Shown: positions 9,939 through 21,473, numbered from the stretch's first letter. The stretch: 24,228 nucleotides of DNA from Octopus sinensis (GCF_006345805.1 NW_021836485.1:1-24228), one strand, 5' to 3'. The notes: generated from the letters alone by a model not told the origin. Translations and numbers: made by a program.

Positions 9939-10377
9939 TAATTAGATTATGAGATTTCACTGTCATGGCTTCCAGTCTCTATCGCAATTTACTTACACTT
10001 TTTAGGACACTAAACTGCATGTTAACAGCTGTATAACCATTCTTTACTAAAGGAAGGTTGTTATTATTACTGTTTGAGTAAACCTACGATGAATGTACGA
10101 TAACATGAACGCTTACGTATCATTAGTCACGACTTTTCGAGATTCCTTCACTCACCTTCGAGTAGGTGGGAAAACAATGTTAATAGAGGATACAATTTCT
10201 GACCAAAGAAATAAGCTTCTTACCATAATAGGCCAAAGAAGGAACATTCCAACCAGTTGATAAATTTCAAAACTCTGGTCACGGTGACCCAGGGGATAAA
10301 TTAGTCCACCACACAAACGGCAATCATTCACTAACTCCAAAAAAACTGAATTTGTTGGTATTATTTCCCTTTTTCTT

Positions 10378-10510
10378 CCGTCGAGGTCGACTTTGCCTTT
10401 CATCCTTTCGGGGTCGATAAATTAAGCACCATTTACGCACTGGGGTCGATCTCATCGACTGGCCCCCTCCCCCAAAATTTCGGGCCTTTTGCCTAGAGTA
10501 GAAAAGATTA
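10378..10510 (+). mobile_element. 5'-truncated family A SINE
   Basis: GAGGTCGACTTTGCCTTTCATCCTTTCGGGGTCGATAAATTAAG...CTGGGGTCGAT...GCCTAGAGTAGAAAAGATTA. Confidence 0.9.
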
Positions 10511-10956
10511 TTTCACTTGTTCTTAGCGTTATTTTAAAATTTTAAACGCTCAAAAAGATTTAGTGTACAGATTGCTTCGATAAACTCAGCCGATCGATGC
10601 CTTTCAGCTCAATATATATTACCTGAGTGAGACCTTACTATGTTTAACGATTCATTGATTTCTAACTTTGATTTGAAATAAGAATATAAAATTATTTAAT
10701 AAATGTTGCAAGACGTGGCCTTTTGTCCGATGCCACGCCAATGTCCAAATTTTCCCGCCCTACAAATTTCTGATTTAAGCTGAAAGTTACGCATTTGGTG
10801 GGGGGGGTGTCTATAAGGCGAATGTTAATATGTATACATACAGAGAGAGAGATAGATAGTGACATGTTCATGCAAATGTTTGTGTATAAGTTTGTGTGTA
10901 TGTATGTGTAAGCGTATATATCTATTTATCAATCTAAAGACAGACAGACACACACA

Positions 10957-10994
<38 letters not shown>

Positions 10995-11084
10995 ATACAC
11001 TGACAATATCCCCATTGAGCATCCCTTTGATTTTCATTGCTTTTCTTTGGTTTTTGAATTCCACATTCGTCATAGATTTACCTA

Positions 11085-11107
11085 TATATATATACCTACA
11101 TACATGA

Positions 11108-11140
<33 letters not shown>

Positions 11141-11212
11141 CATATGTGTGTGTATGTATGTATGTATGCATGTGTGTATGTATGCATGTACATAAACACA
11201 CACACATGTATG

Positions 11213-11246
<34 letters not shown>

Positions 11247-11308
11247 TGTATGTATGCATGTATGTATGTATGTATGCATGTATGTATGTATGCATGCATG
11301 TGTGTATG

Positions 11309-11342
<34 letters not shown>

Positions 11343-11372
11343 TGTATGTATGTATGTATGTATGCATGTATG

Positions 11373-11434
<62 letters not shown>

Positions 11435-11570
11435 TGTATGTATGTATGCATGTATGTATGTATGTATATATGTATGTATGTATGTATGTATGCATGTATG
11501 TATGTATGTATGTATGTATGCATGTATGTATGTATGTATGTATGTATGTATGCATGCATGTGTGTATGTA

Positions 11571-11606
<36 letters not shown>

Positions 11607-11660
11607 TGTATGTATGCATGTATGTATGCATGCATGTGTGTATGCATGCATGTGTGTATA
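11085..11660. repeat. Long (TATG)n microsatellite with CATG/TATA variants
   Basis: Direct reading. Source of the six overlapping MYVC/HTYI ORFs. Confidence 0.97.
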
Positions 11661-11719
11661 CGTAGCCAGGGCATTGTCGGCCAGTCTGCCTCCACCAATT
11701 CTAGTATTCACTGTCTCTG

Positions 11720-11878
11720 ATATAAATAGTTCCATCTGAAAACAGAAATGCCGTTATTATACTATTTTTTTCTACTCTTATCAACAACATAATCGTTTAA
11801 TTCATCTGCTTTAACCCTTCTCCTCTCGCCGCATCTTGGCTTTAATCTTGGTTTTTGTCTGTCTGGGTGGGTGTGCGC

Positions 11879-11910
<32 letters not shown>

Positions 11911-11943
11911 TAATATATATATATATATGGTATAAATATATAC

Positions 11944-11975
<32 letters not shown>

Positions 11976-12150
11976 AATATATATATATATACACACACAC
12001 TCATGTATACAAACAACATATTATACATATGTATATATATGTGTGTGTGTATGTATATATATATATATATTATACGTGTGGGTGTGGGTGTGCGTGTGTC
12101 TGCGTACATGTTAGCGTGTTTATTTATAACTTACCGCTCTCTTCAACTTA
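11720..12150 (-). other. Copy 1 of a duplicated module with putative splice donor, intron and acceptor-ATG
   Basis: Minus strand: GAAGAGAGCG|GTAAGT (GT at 12134-12133) and TTTCTGTTTTCAG|ATGGAACTATTTATAT (AG at 11737-11736). Homologous to 15975-16145. Confidence 0.45.
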
Positions 12151-12219
12151 CTTCTCTCGAAAAAAAAAACGTAACCATGACAATAATAATAATTATTATT
12201 AGTGTTGTTGTTGTTGTTA

Positions 12220-12745
12220 GTTCTTTATTAGCCACAAGAGCCGACGAGGACAATACGAAAGACAGGATATAACAAAATGAGCGGGGAGCCTACAAAAAAA
12301 GCTAAAGGATAGAAAAATTCATGTAAAACAAACCTAACAAAAACAAAAGTTAACAAAAAAATATATCAAGAAAAATTCCCAAAAGGCGGGAAATGGTCCC
12401 TAGAGCCAGTCAAGGGACATCTTACAACCTGATCATCCGGAGCAAGCGCCATCCTCCAAATGTAATTTTCTAGTTTAAAGCGCATGTTCAGGGTGGGCCC
12501 TCTCCCTGAAAACATATTCGTCACTCTGTTACACCTTTCAGCAAATTTATTAGGTAACAGCATTTCCCCCTACCTTCGACTTCCTCATCTAAGAGGAGTG
12601 GTCGTAAAGTAAAGTAATATCTGATCTCTCTTCGGCCCCTCTTAGTCACGTTCACCGTAGAACCTGACTCGCAGTAAAGAGAAGAAAAACTATCTGCCCT
12701 TCCCGGCCAAACAGAAGGCGGTGAGTGATCTTTACAATGAACTTA
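12220..12745 (-). mobile_element. 3' fragment of an L1/Tx1-like LINE
   Basis: Minus-strand remnant ...EMLLPNKFAERCNRVTNMFSGRGPTLNMRF, a T-rich 3' UTR and terminal GGCTCTTGTGGCTAATAAAGAA. Clade assignment is from recollection. Confidence 0.5.
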
Positions 12746-12795
12746 GCCATTGGACGAAATAATGGAAACAGCTTAAAATTTCAAACAAATATATT

Positions 12796-13218
12796 TTAAT
12801 ATGGGGTAGGACCGCCTTTAGCAGTAATTACAAAGTTTCCAAAGGAATTTTTGTCCATTCTTCACCTAAAACAGTCTGCAGTTCTTGTAGTGATGATGGT
12901 TGAGGATATCGACTCCTTACTTGTTTTTCTAAAATGTACCATAAATGTTCAATAATACTGAGATCTGGCGGATTGTGGTGGCCAGATAAGATGTTCAACT
13001 TCACTAGAATGTTCCTCGTGCCATTCACTAACAACTTTGGCTGTGTGAATTGATGCATTATCATCCTGAAAGATTATGTTTCCCTCCGGAAACTGTTTCG
13101 CAACCATAGGATGAATTTGATCAGATAAAATGCTTAAATAGTCTTGACTATTAATTCTGCCATGAAGGGGAACCATTGGGACGGCGGATTTCCAAGATAT
13201 AGCCTCCCTGATCATCAC
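12796..13218 (-). pseudogene. Tc1-type DDE transposase relic (C-terminal catalytic domain)
   Basis: FQDDNASIHTA...WPPQS/PDLSIIEHLW...LQELQTVLGEEWTKIP with a 1-nt frameshift near 12970, then after a deletion VITAKGGPTPY*. Confidence 0.92.
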
Positions 13219-13369
13219 ACACGTACCTATATATTATATGCGTGTGAGTGAAAGAGAGATAGAGAGGGAGAGAGATAGATAGATAAAGTGTGCGTGTATT
13301 CAAAATTGAAGGATCAGAGCATCTAAAATCCGTAATCAGTCTCTCTTCAGGTGATATACCCTCCTCTTC

Positions 13370-14020
13370 CACTTCCAAACAGCATCTGAAACAAAAAGCA
13401 AAGCATCGATCCTTTACAGCCAAACCATACACGCCACCTTCGCACACCTATAAAATGTACTAGAGAGGTACTACACTTCTCTTTTCATCTTCAGATTCTA
13501 TTCTAAATAGGATAGGCAGAAGTTGATGAAGTCTGGTCAGAAAGGGGAAAAAAACATCTCTTCGTAGCTCTCCAGCTTTGCCATTCATGCGACCACCATG
13601 AGAAAGAAACAATACTTCATCCTCTTTATCAATGGAATTGCCATACTACTTCATCGGTCCTATACTAAACGACTACAGATTGACATAATCACTTTAGTCA
13701 GCAATCTGTGAACTTTAGTCTAGGGAAAACGTTTATCTCTCACAGTTAAAATGCTGGTTGGCTTGGTTTCTTCACGTATCCTTGATCCACCAGATCGGAA
13801 ATAAGAGCTCATTAGAATAACTTGTTTGAAATAAGCTTTTGGGTCGATTTGGTTAGCTAAGCCATTCGTACACCGCCGTTCAACGTCTGAGACCAGCTCA
13901 GGGATTTAGACATCGATGCCGAGAGCATTCTCTCTTCTTTCCAAAGCAAGCACTCTTTAGAATGGAATGAGTGTATTTTCCACCAACTGCACACTACCCA
14001 ATTAACATAATGCTGTTAGG
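13370..14020 (+). mobile_element. Possible very old CR1/L2-like LINE 3' remnant
   Basis: Only scattered resemblance to the ORF2 C-terminus, with multiple stops. Confidence 0.2.
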
Positions 14021-14486
14021 GCCTGCCAAGCTCTCGTCTCTCTTTACGCTTGACCCAGTTTTACAGAACAGTTAAAGAGATGAGTTCGTCTGACTGACAT
14101 TACGACTACACCTGCCTACTGTTCAAGATACTTTGTAAATAAAGTATGTTGAAGATTCATTAATCATAACATCCGAAAATGTCTTCAGGGCGACTGTAGG
14201 CAACAGATGTTCTTCTAACAAAAATATATAAATAAGTAAATAATGTAAGCACTCGCCACTTGTGCTCGGTCTGTAAGGGATAACTTTCTCCTAGGCCGTT
14301 TCTGAGTGCATTGAGCCATTTTGTTGTCATTTCTTCTCAGTCTAGCTCCCTCTGGAGATACAAACCAAGCCAAACCTCGAGCATTTTAACTGGTCCTTTA
14401 ATCAGGGAACAAAGACTGTTGCCGGAGAGCCTATGTCGAGGGAATTCTTATATAAGGCATTCGACTTTGCTAAAACCTATACAGAT

Positions 14487-15123
14487 AGGTACAAGTGTGG
14501 CTGCGTGTAAAGAAGTTTGCTTCCTAATCGCATTGTTCTGGGTTCAGTCTCCCTGTGTGGCACCTTGGGCAAATGTCTTTTATTATAGCCTGGGGTCGAC
14601 CAAAGCCCTGTGAGTAGATTTGGTAGACGTCGTGTGTGTGTGTGTGGTGGAGTGTCTTTACGTTTGTTATTTCTTTACTGCCCACAAGGGGCTACACACA
14701 AAGGGGACAAACAAGGACAGACAAACGGATTAAGTAGATTATATCGATCCCAGTGTGTAACTGGTACTTATTTTATCGACCTCCGAAAGGATGAAAGGCA
14801 AAGTCGACCTCGGCGGAATTTGTACTCAGAACATAACGGCAGACGAAATACCGCTAAGCATTTCGCCCGGCGTGCTTACGATTCTGCCAGCTCACCGCCT
14901 TCCTTACGTTTGTGTTTGTCCTCCACCCGCGTTTGACAACTGCTAAGCTACGGTGTGTTTACGTGCCCATGGCATAGCGGTTCGGTAAAAGATCCGATAG
15001 AATAAGTACCAGGCTTAACAAAAAGAAAAGTCCTGGAGTCGATTTATTTGATTAAAAATTCCTGAAAGCCCTGCACCAGCACGGCCGAAGTCTAATGACT
15101 GAAACTAGTAAAAGAATAAAAGA
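14487..15123 (+). mobile_element. Family B SINE interrupted by a nested SINE
   Basis: GGCACCTTGGGCAAATGTC, GGATTTGGTAGACG-like block, resumes at 14914 with TTGACAAC...GACTGAAACTAGTAAAAG. Confidence 0.88.
14668..14900 (-). mobile_element. Full-length family A SINE with target-site duplication
   Basis: Head AGGCGGTGAGCTGGCAGAATCG. TSD TCTTTACGTTTGT 14655-14667 / TCCTTACGTTTGT 14901-14913. Confidence 0.9.
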
Positions 15124-15417
15124 TTAGTGACAGGGACAAAGATATAATTATGAATGCCAGGAAATCCCTGATTGACAATGGGTCAACCTGGGCCAAACAA
15201 ACGAACACAAATGACGGTTTTGATACGTCAAAGGGGCGTAATATAGATAGGTTCAGTAAGAACTGAACTATAACCTCAATTCCCTTATGATTATCATTGA
15301 TACAAAACCTATCAATAGTTAACTTTTTAGATGTTACCTTAGATCCAGATTAGTTCTTATAAATCCTTCAACAAGCCGGAACAAATACTACAAAAGTCTT
15401 TCTTGCGTTCAAACGAT

Positions 15418-15729
15418 TCTGCTAATCTGCTGTCGTCTGCTAATCTGCTGTCGTCTGCTAATCTGCTGTCGTCTGCTATTCTGCTGCCGTCTGCCAATCT
15501 ACTGTTGTCTGCTAATCTGCTGTCGTCTGCTAATCTGCTGTCGTCTGCTAATCTGCTGACATCTGCTAATCTGCTGTCGTCTGCTAATCTGCTGTCGTCT
15601 GCCAATCTGCTGTCGTCTGCTAATCTGCTGTCGTCTGCCAATCTGCTTTCGTCTGCTAATCTGCTGTCGTCTGCTAATCTGCTGTCGTCTGCTAATCTGC
15701 TGTCGTCTGCCAATCTGCTGTCGTCTGCT
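15418..15729. repeat. 18-bp minisatellite (TCTGCTAATCTGCTGTCG) x17
   Basis: 17 units counted from the ADDSRL translation, with few variants and no indels. Confidence 0.95.
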
Positions 15730-15759
15730 TCCTCTTTATAAACGTATCTAACATAGGGC

Positions 15760-15930
15760 ATGAAACTTTGGATGAGGGATTAGTCAATTACGTCAATCCC
15801 GTTCTTGACTGCTACCTAATTTAATCAACTCCTGGAAGAATGAAAGACAAAGTTGACCTCGTTGGGACTTGAACTAAGATCAGAAAAGGATGGAACTCTA
15901 ATAATAATGCAATGGCATTTTTTGTCTGAT
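15760..15930 (-). mobile_element. Decayed family A-like SINE
   Basis: GAATGAAAGACAAAGTTGACCTCG...ACTTGAACT matches the reverse SINE body. Confidence 0.6.
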
Positions 15931-15974
15931 ACCAGCACAAGTTCTTTGCCCATGTCTTCTTTCTCCTCATAATA

Positions 15975-16145
15975 ATATAAATAGTTCCATCTATAAACAG
16001 AAATACTATTATTTTCTTTCTACTCTTATCAAATATATTCGTTAATTCTACTTTAACTCTGCCTCTCTCGTCTCCATGTCTTATCTTCCTTGTATTTATG
16101 TGCTTGTGTGTAATTTATTTATAACTCACCGTACTCTTCAGCTTC
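15975..16145 (-). other. Copy 2 of the duplicated donor-intron-acceptor-ATG module
   Basis: Minus strand: GAAGAGTACG|GTGAGT (GT at 16129-16128) and TTTCTGTTTATAG|ATGGAACTATTTATAT (AG at 15992-15991). Confidence 0.45.
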
Positions 16146-16181
16146 TCGCTAATTTTTTCTCTTTTTTTAAAAAAAAATTCA

Positions 16182-16192
16182 TAATAATAATA

Positions 16193-16229
<37 letters not shown>

Positions 16230-16270
16230 TGGTGGTGGTGGTGGTGGTGGTGGTGGTGACGATGACGATA
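16182..16270. repeat. Compound trinucleotide repeat (AAT)(GAT)(GGT)
   Basis: Direct reading. Confidence 0.95.
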
Positions 16271-16529
16271 ATTAAGTACCGAATGCACATATATAAACAG
16301 ATAGTTGACTTCGTTAAGTAAAAACACAGCTTCTAACTAACCCATGTAGTCCTGTCGACAACGAACCGACTGTGCATACTAGAACTGCTGCTGCTGCTAC
16401 TACTACTACTACTACCACCACCACAACCACCCTACCACCACCAAAATTACCTAGTAGTAGTATTAATTCTTGTTTTGTTAACAACCAACTCTGCCCTCAA
16501 CACCACCAGCCCTCTTTCTCTCACACAAG

Positions 16530-17108
<579 letters not shown>

Positions 17109-17779
17109 TTTACTTCACCCTTTCGCTTTTCTCTGTTTTTTTCTTTTTCTTTTTCTTCATTTATTTTGTTGAGAGTTTTCGTTATCAGGTATCTCTGTTC
17201 CTCACCATTTTAGGTGCGTCGCTCACTCGATAGACCTCGCCATTACGGTATTGCTTCCTTCTTTCCGTCTATTTACTCCATGCAATATCAACATTCCTAG
17301 AAGACATCGACTTCCTGGAGAGAACGAATGAGAGTGATAGAGAGAGGGGTACCAAGAGAGAGAAAAAGAGAGTGAGAAAGAAAGAAAGAATGAATGAAGG
17401 AAGGAAGGAAGGAAGGAAGGAAAGAATGAGTGTGGGTGTATGTATGTGTGTGTGAGAGAGGATGAAAGGAGGAGGAGGGGAGAGAAAGAATGAATTACAC
17501 TCTTGTTAGATTACTTATATTACAAGAAGGAGCAATCTGCTCGTCTCGCCCGATCTTTTAAAGTGCTGTCAGTGAGAACATGAGATTTATTAACTCGAGA
17601 CTTTGACGAGTAACAGACGATAGACGGTATTATACCACCATGTATGTGTGTGTGTGTGTGTGTGTGATAAAATATTTGTTACTCAGACTCCATACAGGTG
17701 TCGTCAGAAAGAAGGTGTCAGAAAGCTCGTTATCCCAGCAATGTTTAGTTAGAATCACCGAGTTAAAATGGTCTTATAT

Positions 17780-18070
17780 AGGTGTTTGCTATGCATACAG
17801 TATCGATCAAACTGTCTCTGGTCACTATGCACTTCGCATTATTCTAGCTTTCGAATTATGCCACCTTGCTGGCTAGGTGAGCAGGCCAATATTCACACTG
17901 ATCGGAAGGCTAAACCGTTGCAGGGTCACCCATTTAACTGCTGAGTGGACTGGAGCAATGTGAAATGAGGTGTTTTGGTTCAAGAACACAACATGCAGTC
18001 GGTCTGAGAATCGAAACCACAATGTCGTGATCGTGAATGTAACACCCCTAACCACTAGGCCACACGCCTT
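17780..18070 (-). mobile_element. tRNA/CORE-type SINE (family C)
   Basis: Minus strand: A box TGGCCTAGTGG, B-box-like GGTTTCGATTC, CORE-like GTGTTCTTGAACCAAAACAC...TTGCTCCAGTCCACTCAGC. Confidence 0.8.
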
Positions 18071-18196
18071 GACATTTGGTATATAAATTCACATAGTAAA
18101 TAATTGAGAGTCACCTATACATACATAGATATTTGATGCATAAATTAACGTGTAGATATTTGGCCATCATACTATAAGAGAGACAAACAGACAGAG

Positions 18197-18248
18197 ACAT
18201 ACATACATACATACATACATACATACATACATACATACATACATACAT

Positions 18249-18279
<31 letters not shown>

Positions 18280-18287
18280 GCCAGTCT

Positions 18288-18346
<59 letters not shown>

Positions 18347-18462
18347 GGATGGATGGATGGATGGATGGATGGATGGATGGATGAATGGATGGATGGATGG
18401 ATGGATAGATAGATAGAAGGATGGATGGATGGATGGATGGATGGATGGATGATGGATGGATG

Positions 18463-18532
<70 letters not shown>
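18197..18532. repeat. (CATA)(GACA)(GATA)(GGAT) compound microsatellite
   Basis: Direct reading. Confidence 0.97.
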
Positions 18533-18533
<1 letters not shown>

Positions 18534-18600
18534 GGCTTAGTGGTTAGGGCATTTGGCTCACGATCGTAAGGTTGTGAGTTCAACTCCCGGCGACACGTTG
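18533..18600 (+). mobile_element. tRNA-derived SINE head (family C-like)
   Basis: A box TGGCTTAGTGG 18533-18543 and B box GAGTTCAACTCC 18576-18587. Confidence 0.8.
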
Positions 18601-18601
18601 A

Positions 18602-18798
18602 TGGACAATCAGGGTGACGGAATACACACCAAAACAACGAACAAGATCAAGAGGTCGACCAAAGACAAGATGGCGAGATGATCTCACTCGCTACATGGGG
18701 CCTACATCGCTACAACTGACCTGAGATAGACAGCGGTGGAAGGAGTTCAAGATGGGATTCCGCCTTCAGGAATGATGAAACCCTGGAAATGAAGTGAA
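18602..18798 (+). mobile_element. 3' terminus of an RTE-clade LINE
   Basis: Manual translation [56 protein letters not shown], with the RGRP..RW.D and DR..W motifs. Short TGAA-type tail. Confidence 0.85.
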
Positions 18799-19087
18799 GA
18801 ACCGCAAAGAGAGAGAATCGTTAGATCGTGTACGAAATGCCTTGCGGTATTTGTTATGGCTCTTTCAGCTCGGAGTTAAAATCCCGGCGTAGGTTATTTG
18901 AGGTGGTTGACCTAACCCGCCGCTCGATTTAACACCACCAACTTGCCCTTCGGTTCCTCTAGCAGTGTTACAAATATTCCAGCTTGAGGATAGCTTCTTC
19001 CCTTGCTCACAAAAAAGTCTCGGAGGCTCGGAAGACCTTTAAAACGACATCGATACTGCTTACTTCTAACCAAAAGGATAATGAATA

Positions 19088-19290
19088 TAATCTTTCAAAT
19101 TTTGGCTTCAGGGAGAGGGGTTAATTCGATTATATCGACACCAGTTTTCAATTGCTACTTATTTTATCGGCCTTGTAAGGGGAAAGGCATAGTCGACTTA
19201 GCGGAATTTGAACTCAGAGAAGAAAGACAGATGAAATACCGCTAAGCATTTTACCTGGAATACTAACGATTCAGCCAGTTCGCCACCTTA
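19088..19290 (-). mobile_element. Family A SINE
   Basis: GAAAGGCATAGTCGACTTAGCGGAATTTGAACTCAG...TAACGATTCAGCCAGTTCGCCACCTT. Confidence 0.85.
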
Positions 19291-19319
19291 ATGAGTGGAT
19301 AGAATGTCCTCTGGGTAGT

Positions 19320-20165
19320 TCATACTCTCCACTCCAATTAGGAAGAGGAAAAAGGACGAAACCCATAAACTGACCACAGTCTGTTTACTCTATATCAAAA
19401 GCCTCTCGGAAAAGGTACAAAAAATATGCGGTCCAAATGGCATCAGGGATGTATTCAGGAGTAATACAATACATCTCAAATATCTCCTCCAGGTAAAAAC
19501 CACCCATAGAAGAGAATAAGACCAAAAACTGCGTGTACTCCATCCCATGCAGTTGCGGTAGGGTGTCTCCCCCTTAAAATAAGAGTAAAGGAACATCATA
19601 AAGCTGTGATACGAGGGGATATTGAAAAATCGGGTACAGCCAATCATGTATGGAGAAACGGAGACCATCTTCCCCTGTGGGATGAAGTTAAAATAATAGA
19701 CAGAGAACGCCACTGGAAAATACGAAAATTAAAAGAGGCAGCATATATGCTAGGTCACAATAACCTCCTAAGTAGATCTAGTGCAGATATGAATGTAATA
19801 TGGGAATTAAGAAAAGATAAAATATTAGGTTTATAAGCTCAAAAATTAACTCTATAATTGCCCACGGTCTTATAGTGTAGTGGATAAGAGCGTGGGCTAC
19901 AGACCCTCGGGTTCTGAATTCAATCTCAAGCAGGAACTTGAGAAATAAAATCAACAAAAAATAACATCAGCAAAAAAGAATACCTTAGGAATGAGAACAG
20001 AGTACCCCATTGGTCAAATAAAGGGTTGGGTTCGAAATTCCACCAGAACACCTGATGAAGGCTGGAAAGTACATCAGCCGAAACATTGTGGCAGCAACAA
20101 ACAATGTGAGGGCACCTATCCGTCCATTGAAAATTATATACTATTTCTAATATTTCGTGAGTATG
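19320..20165 (+). mobile_element. 5'-truncated Penelope-like element: GIY-YIG relic plus pseudo-LTR region
   Basis: Frameshifted LYIKSLSEKVQKIC..., NCVYSIPCSCG, LKIRVKEHHKAVIRGDIEKSGTANHVW...WDEVKIIDRERHWKIRKLKEA, followed by a hammerhead motif. Confidence 0.88.
20049..20090 (+). ncRNA. Minimal hammerhead ribozyme, probably inactivated
   Basis: cac CUGAUGA a ggcug-loop-cagcc GAAA ca uu gug. Stem II is perfect, but the stem III pair is broken (AACAUU instead of palindromic AACGUU). Confidence 0.65.
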
Positions 20166-20376
20166 ATTGCCCCCCATTTTGCTTTCCCAAGCGGCAGTTT
20201 TTCATGCTCGATTTCAGATGAGCCATACAAGATTTGTATCCCCGCTCAATTACTGTAATAATTTATGTTTAATATAGATGTATTTTAGTACTTTTTAATG
20301 TTATATTAATTTAATATTTATAAGAGAAAGGGCAATGGGAAAATTACTTGCTTTAATGAGAAATTTGAGCATGTTT

Positions 20377-21430
20377 TCATTTTGCCAAGTTTTTAATGGT
20401 TGGCGTTAAATTAGTTACCGAGAGCAACATATACATATATATATATATGTGTGTGTGTGTGTGTATGTATGTCATCAAATTTGAATCAGTTAATCGCGAC
20501 CTCGCTTTGGATTTTATCACTTTTATGGATGATAATGTATTTTCACATCTGTACGTTCCTCCGAAATGCAATATGTAATTCTGGATAAATTTTCTTACTT
20601 CTCAAAAATGTTCAGTGAGTAATGATCACTAAAAATTACTCATGTCGACAGCATTTGTAACTGAAGGACGCTCATCAAATTCCATTACGCTTTCAAGCTA
20701 AGTTCTATCCAATGTTTCTATGCATTCTCGTGGCTTTATTGTTCATTAAGTACAAATATGATTAGGAATACGAGTATTCAGTCTTCTTTAGTAAAATCAC
20801 ATATAACGACTTTCAAATGAGTTTCTTTCTTTTTTTTTCTTTTTTTTGGGGGGGAATAACCTGATTTCTTTCAGTATAATCAACATATTTTTTGTAAAAT
20901 TGCCATTTTCCTAGGCACGTTTATTCCGCTCTTTTAAGTGTGAAAACTAGTTTAAATTCTCATTTGCAAACTGATAGATGAACATTTCAAATTTCAGCTT
21001 GAATGCATTGATATCATTTAGCAAGCTTGAAAACAATTTGTTCTTGTCTTGTAGTTTCTTATTTAGATCATTGAGATGGCTAGTTATATCAGCTAAAGAT
21101 GGTAAATCAAATAGCTAATTGTTCTGACATAAACGGATTCTTTCTTCGCGAAAATCTAACCAGAACTAGTCCTCTAGAAAGCCAGCGCAACTCACCATGG
21201 AGGTCATGATCGCTACATTCCATTTTGTAATGTTCTCTAAAATCTTGTTTATTTAACGTCCTTGTTCTAATTCTATTCACGTATCTCACAACCATTACTA
21301 TAATATCACACAATAACTTCTTGGCATATAACGCAGTGATATTTTAGTAAAAGACGATCTCAAATTCTTTCACTGAACATGAGAGTCCAAACGCTTTTGC
21401 AAACCAACGACGAAGCTTTTTCAGTATATT
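20377..21430 (-). pseudogene. hAT transposase relic (Buster/Charlie, GTF2IRD2-like)
   Basis: HCVICQE, VNRIRTRTLN...LRWLSRGLVLVRF, LADITSHLNDLNKKLQ, and the dimerisation motif FGGTYRCENTLSSIKVIKSKARSRLTDSNL. Stops, frameshifts and a microsatellite insertion at about 20428-20472. Confidence 0.88.
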
Positions 21431-21473
21431 AAAATTTACTTATAAATCTATCTTGCGAAGATTTTATTTCGTT

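Noticed and set aside
10152-10345. Possible minus-strand exon (TTCAG acceptor, AG|GTGAGT donor near 10156)
   Set aside because: Weak polypyrimidine tract and an unrecognised peptide. Cannot be supported without RNA data.
10715-10828. Possible TTAA-ended DNA transposon terminus or E2F-like TTTCCCGCC site
   Set aside because: No partner TIR, and a single short motif is insufficient.
10825-11739. Overlapping 160-270 aa ORFs (MYVC/HTYI repeats)
   Set aside because: Stop-free translations of (TATG)n in all frames, with no coding signal.
15357-15761. (ADDSRL)17 repeat protein ORF
   Set aside because: Open on both strands because the 18-bp unit is stop-free, and it sits in SINE-derived context. 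Not a CRISPR array either, as it has no spacers.
18533-18600. tRNA gene
   Set aside because: A/B boxes are present but there is no full cloverleaf or acceptor stem. It is a SINE head.
18900-19080. GC-richer segment examined for another ribozyme
   Set aside because: I could not build an HDV or hammerhead fold on either strand.
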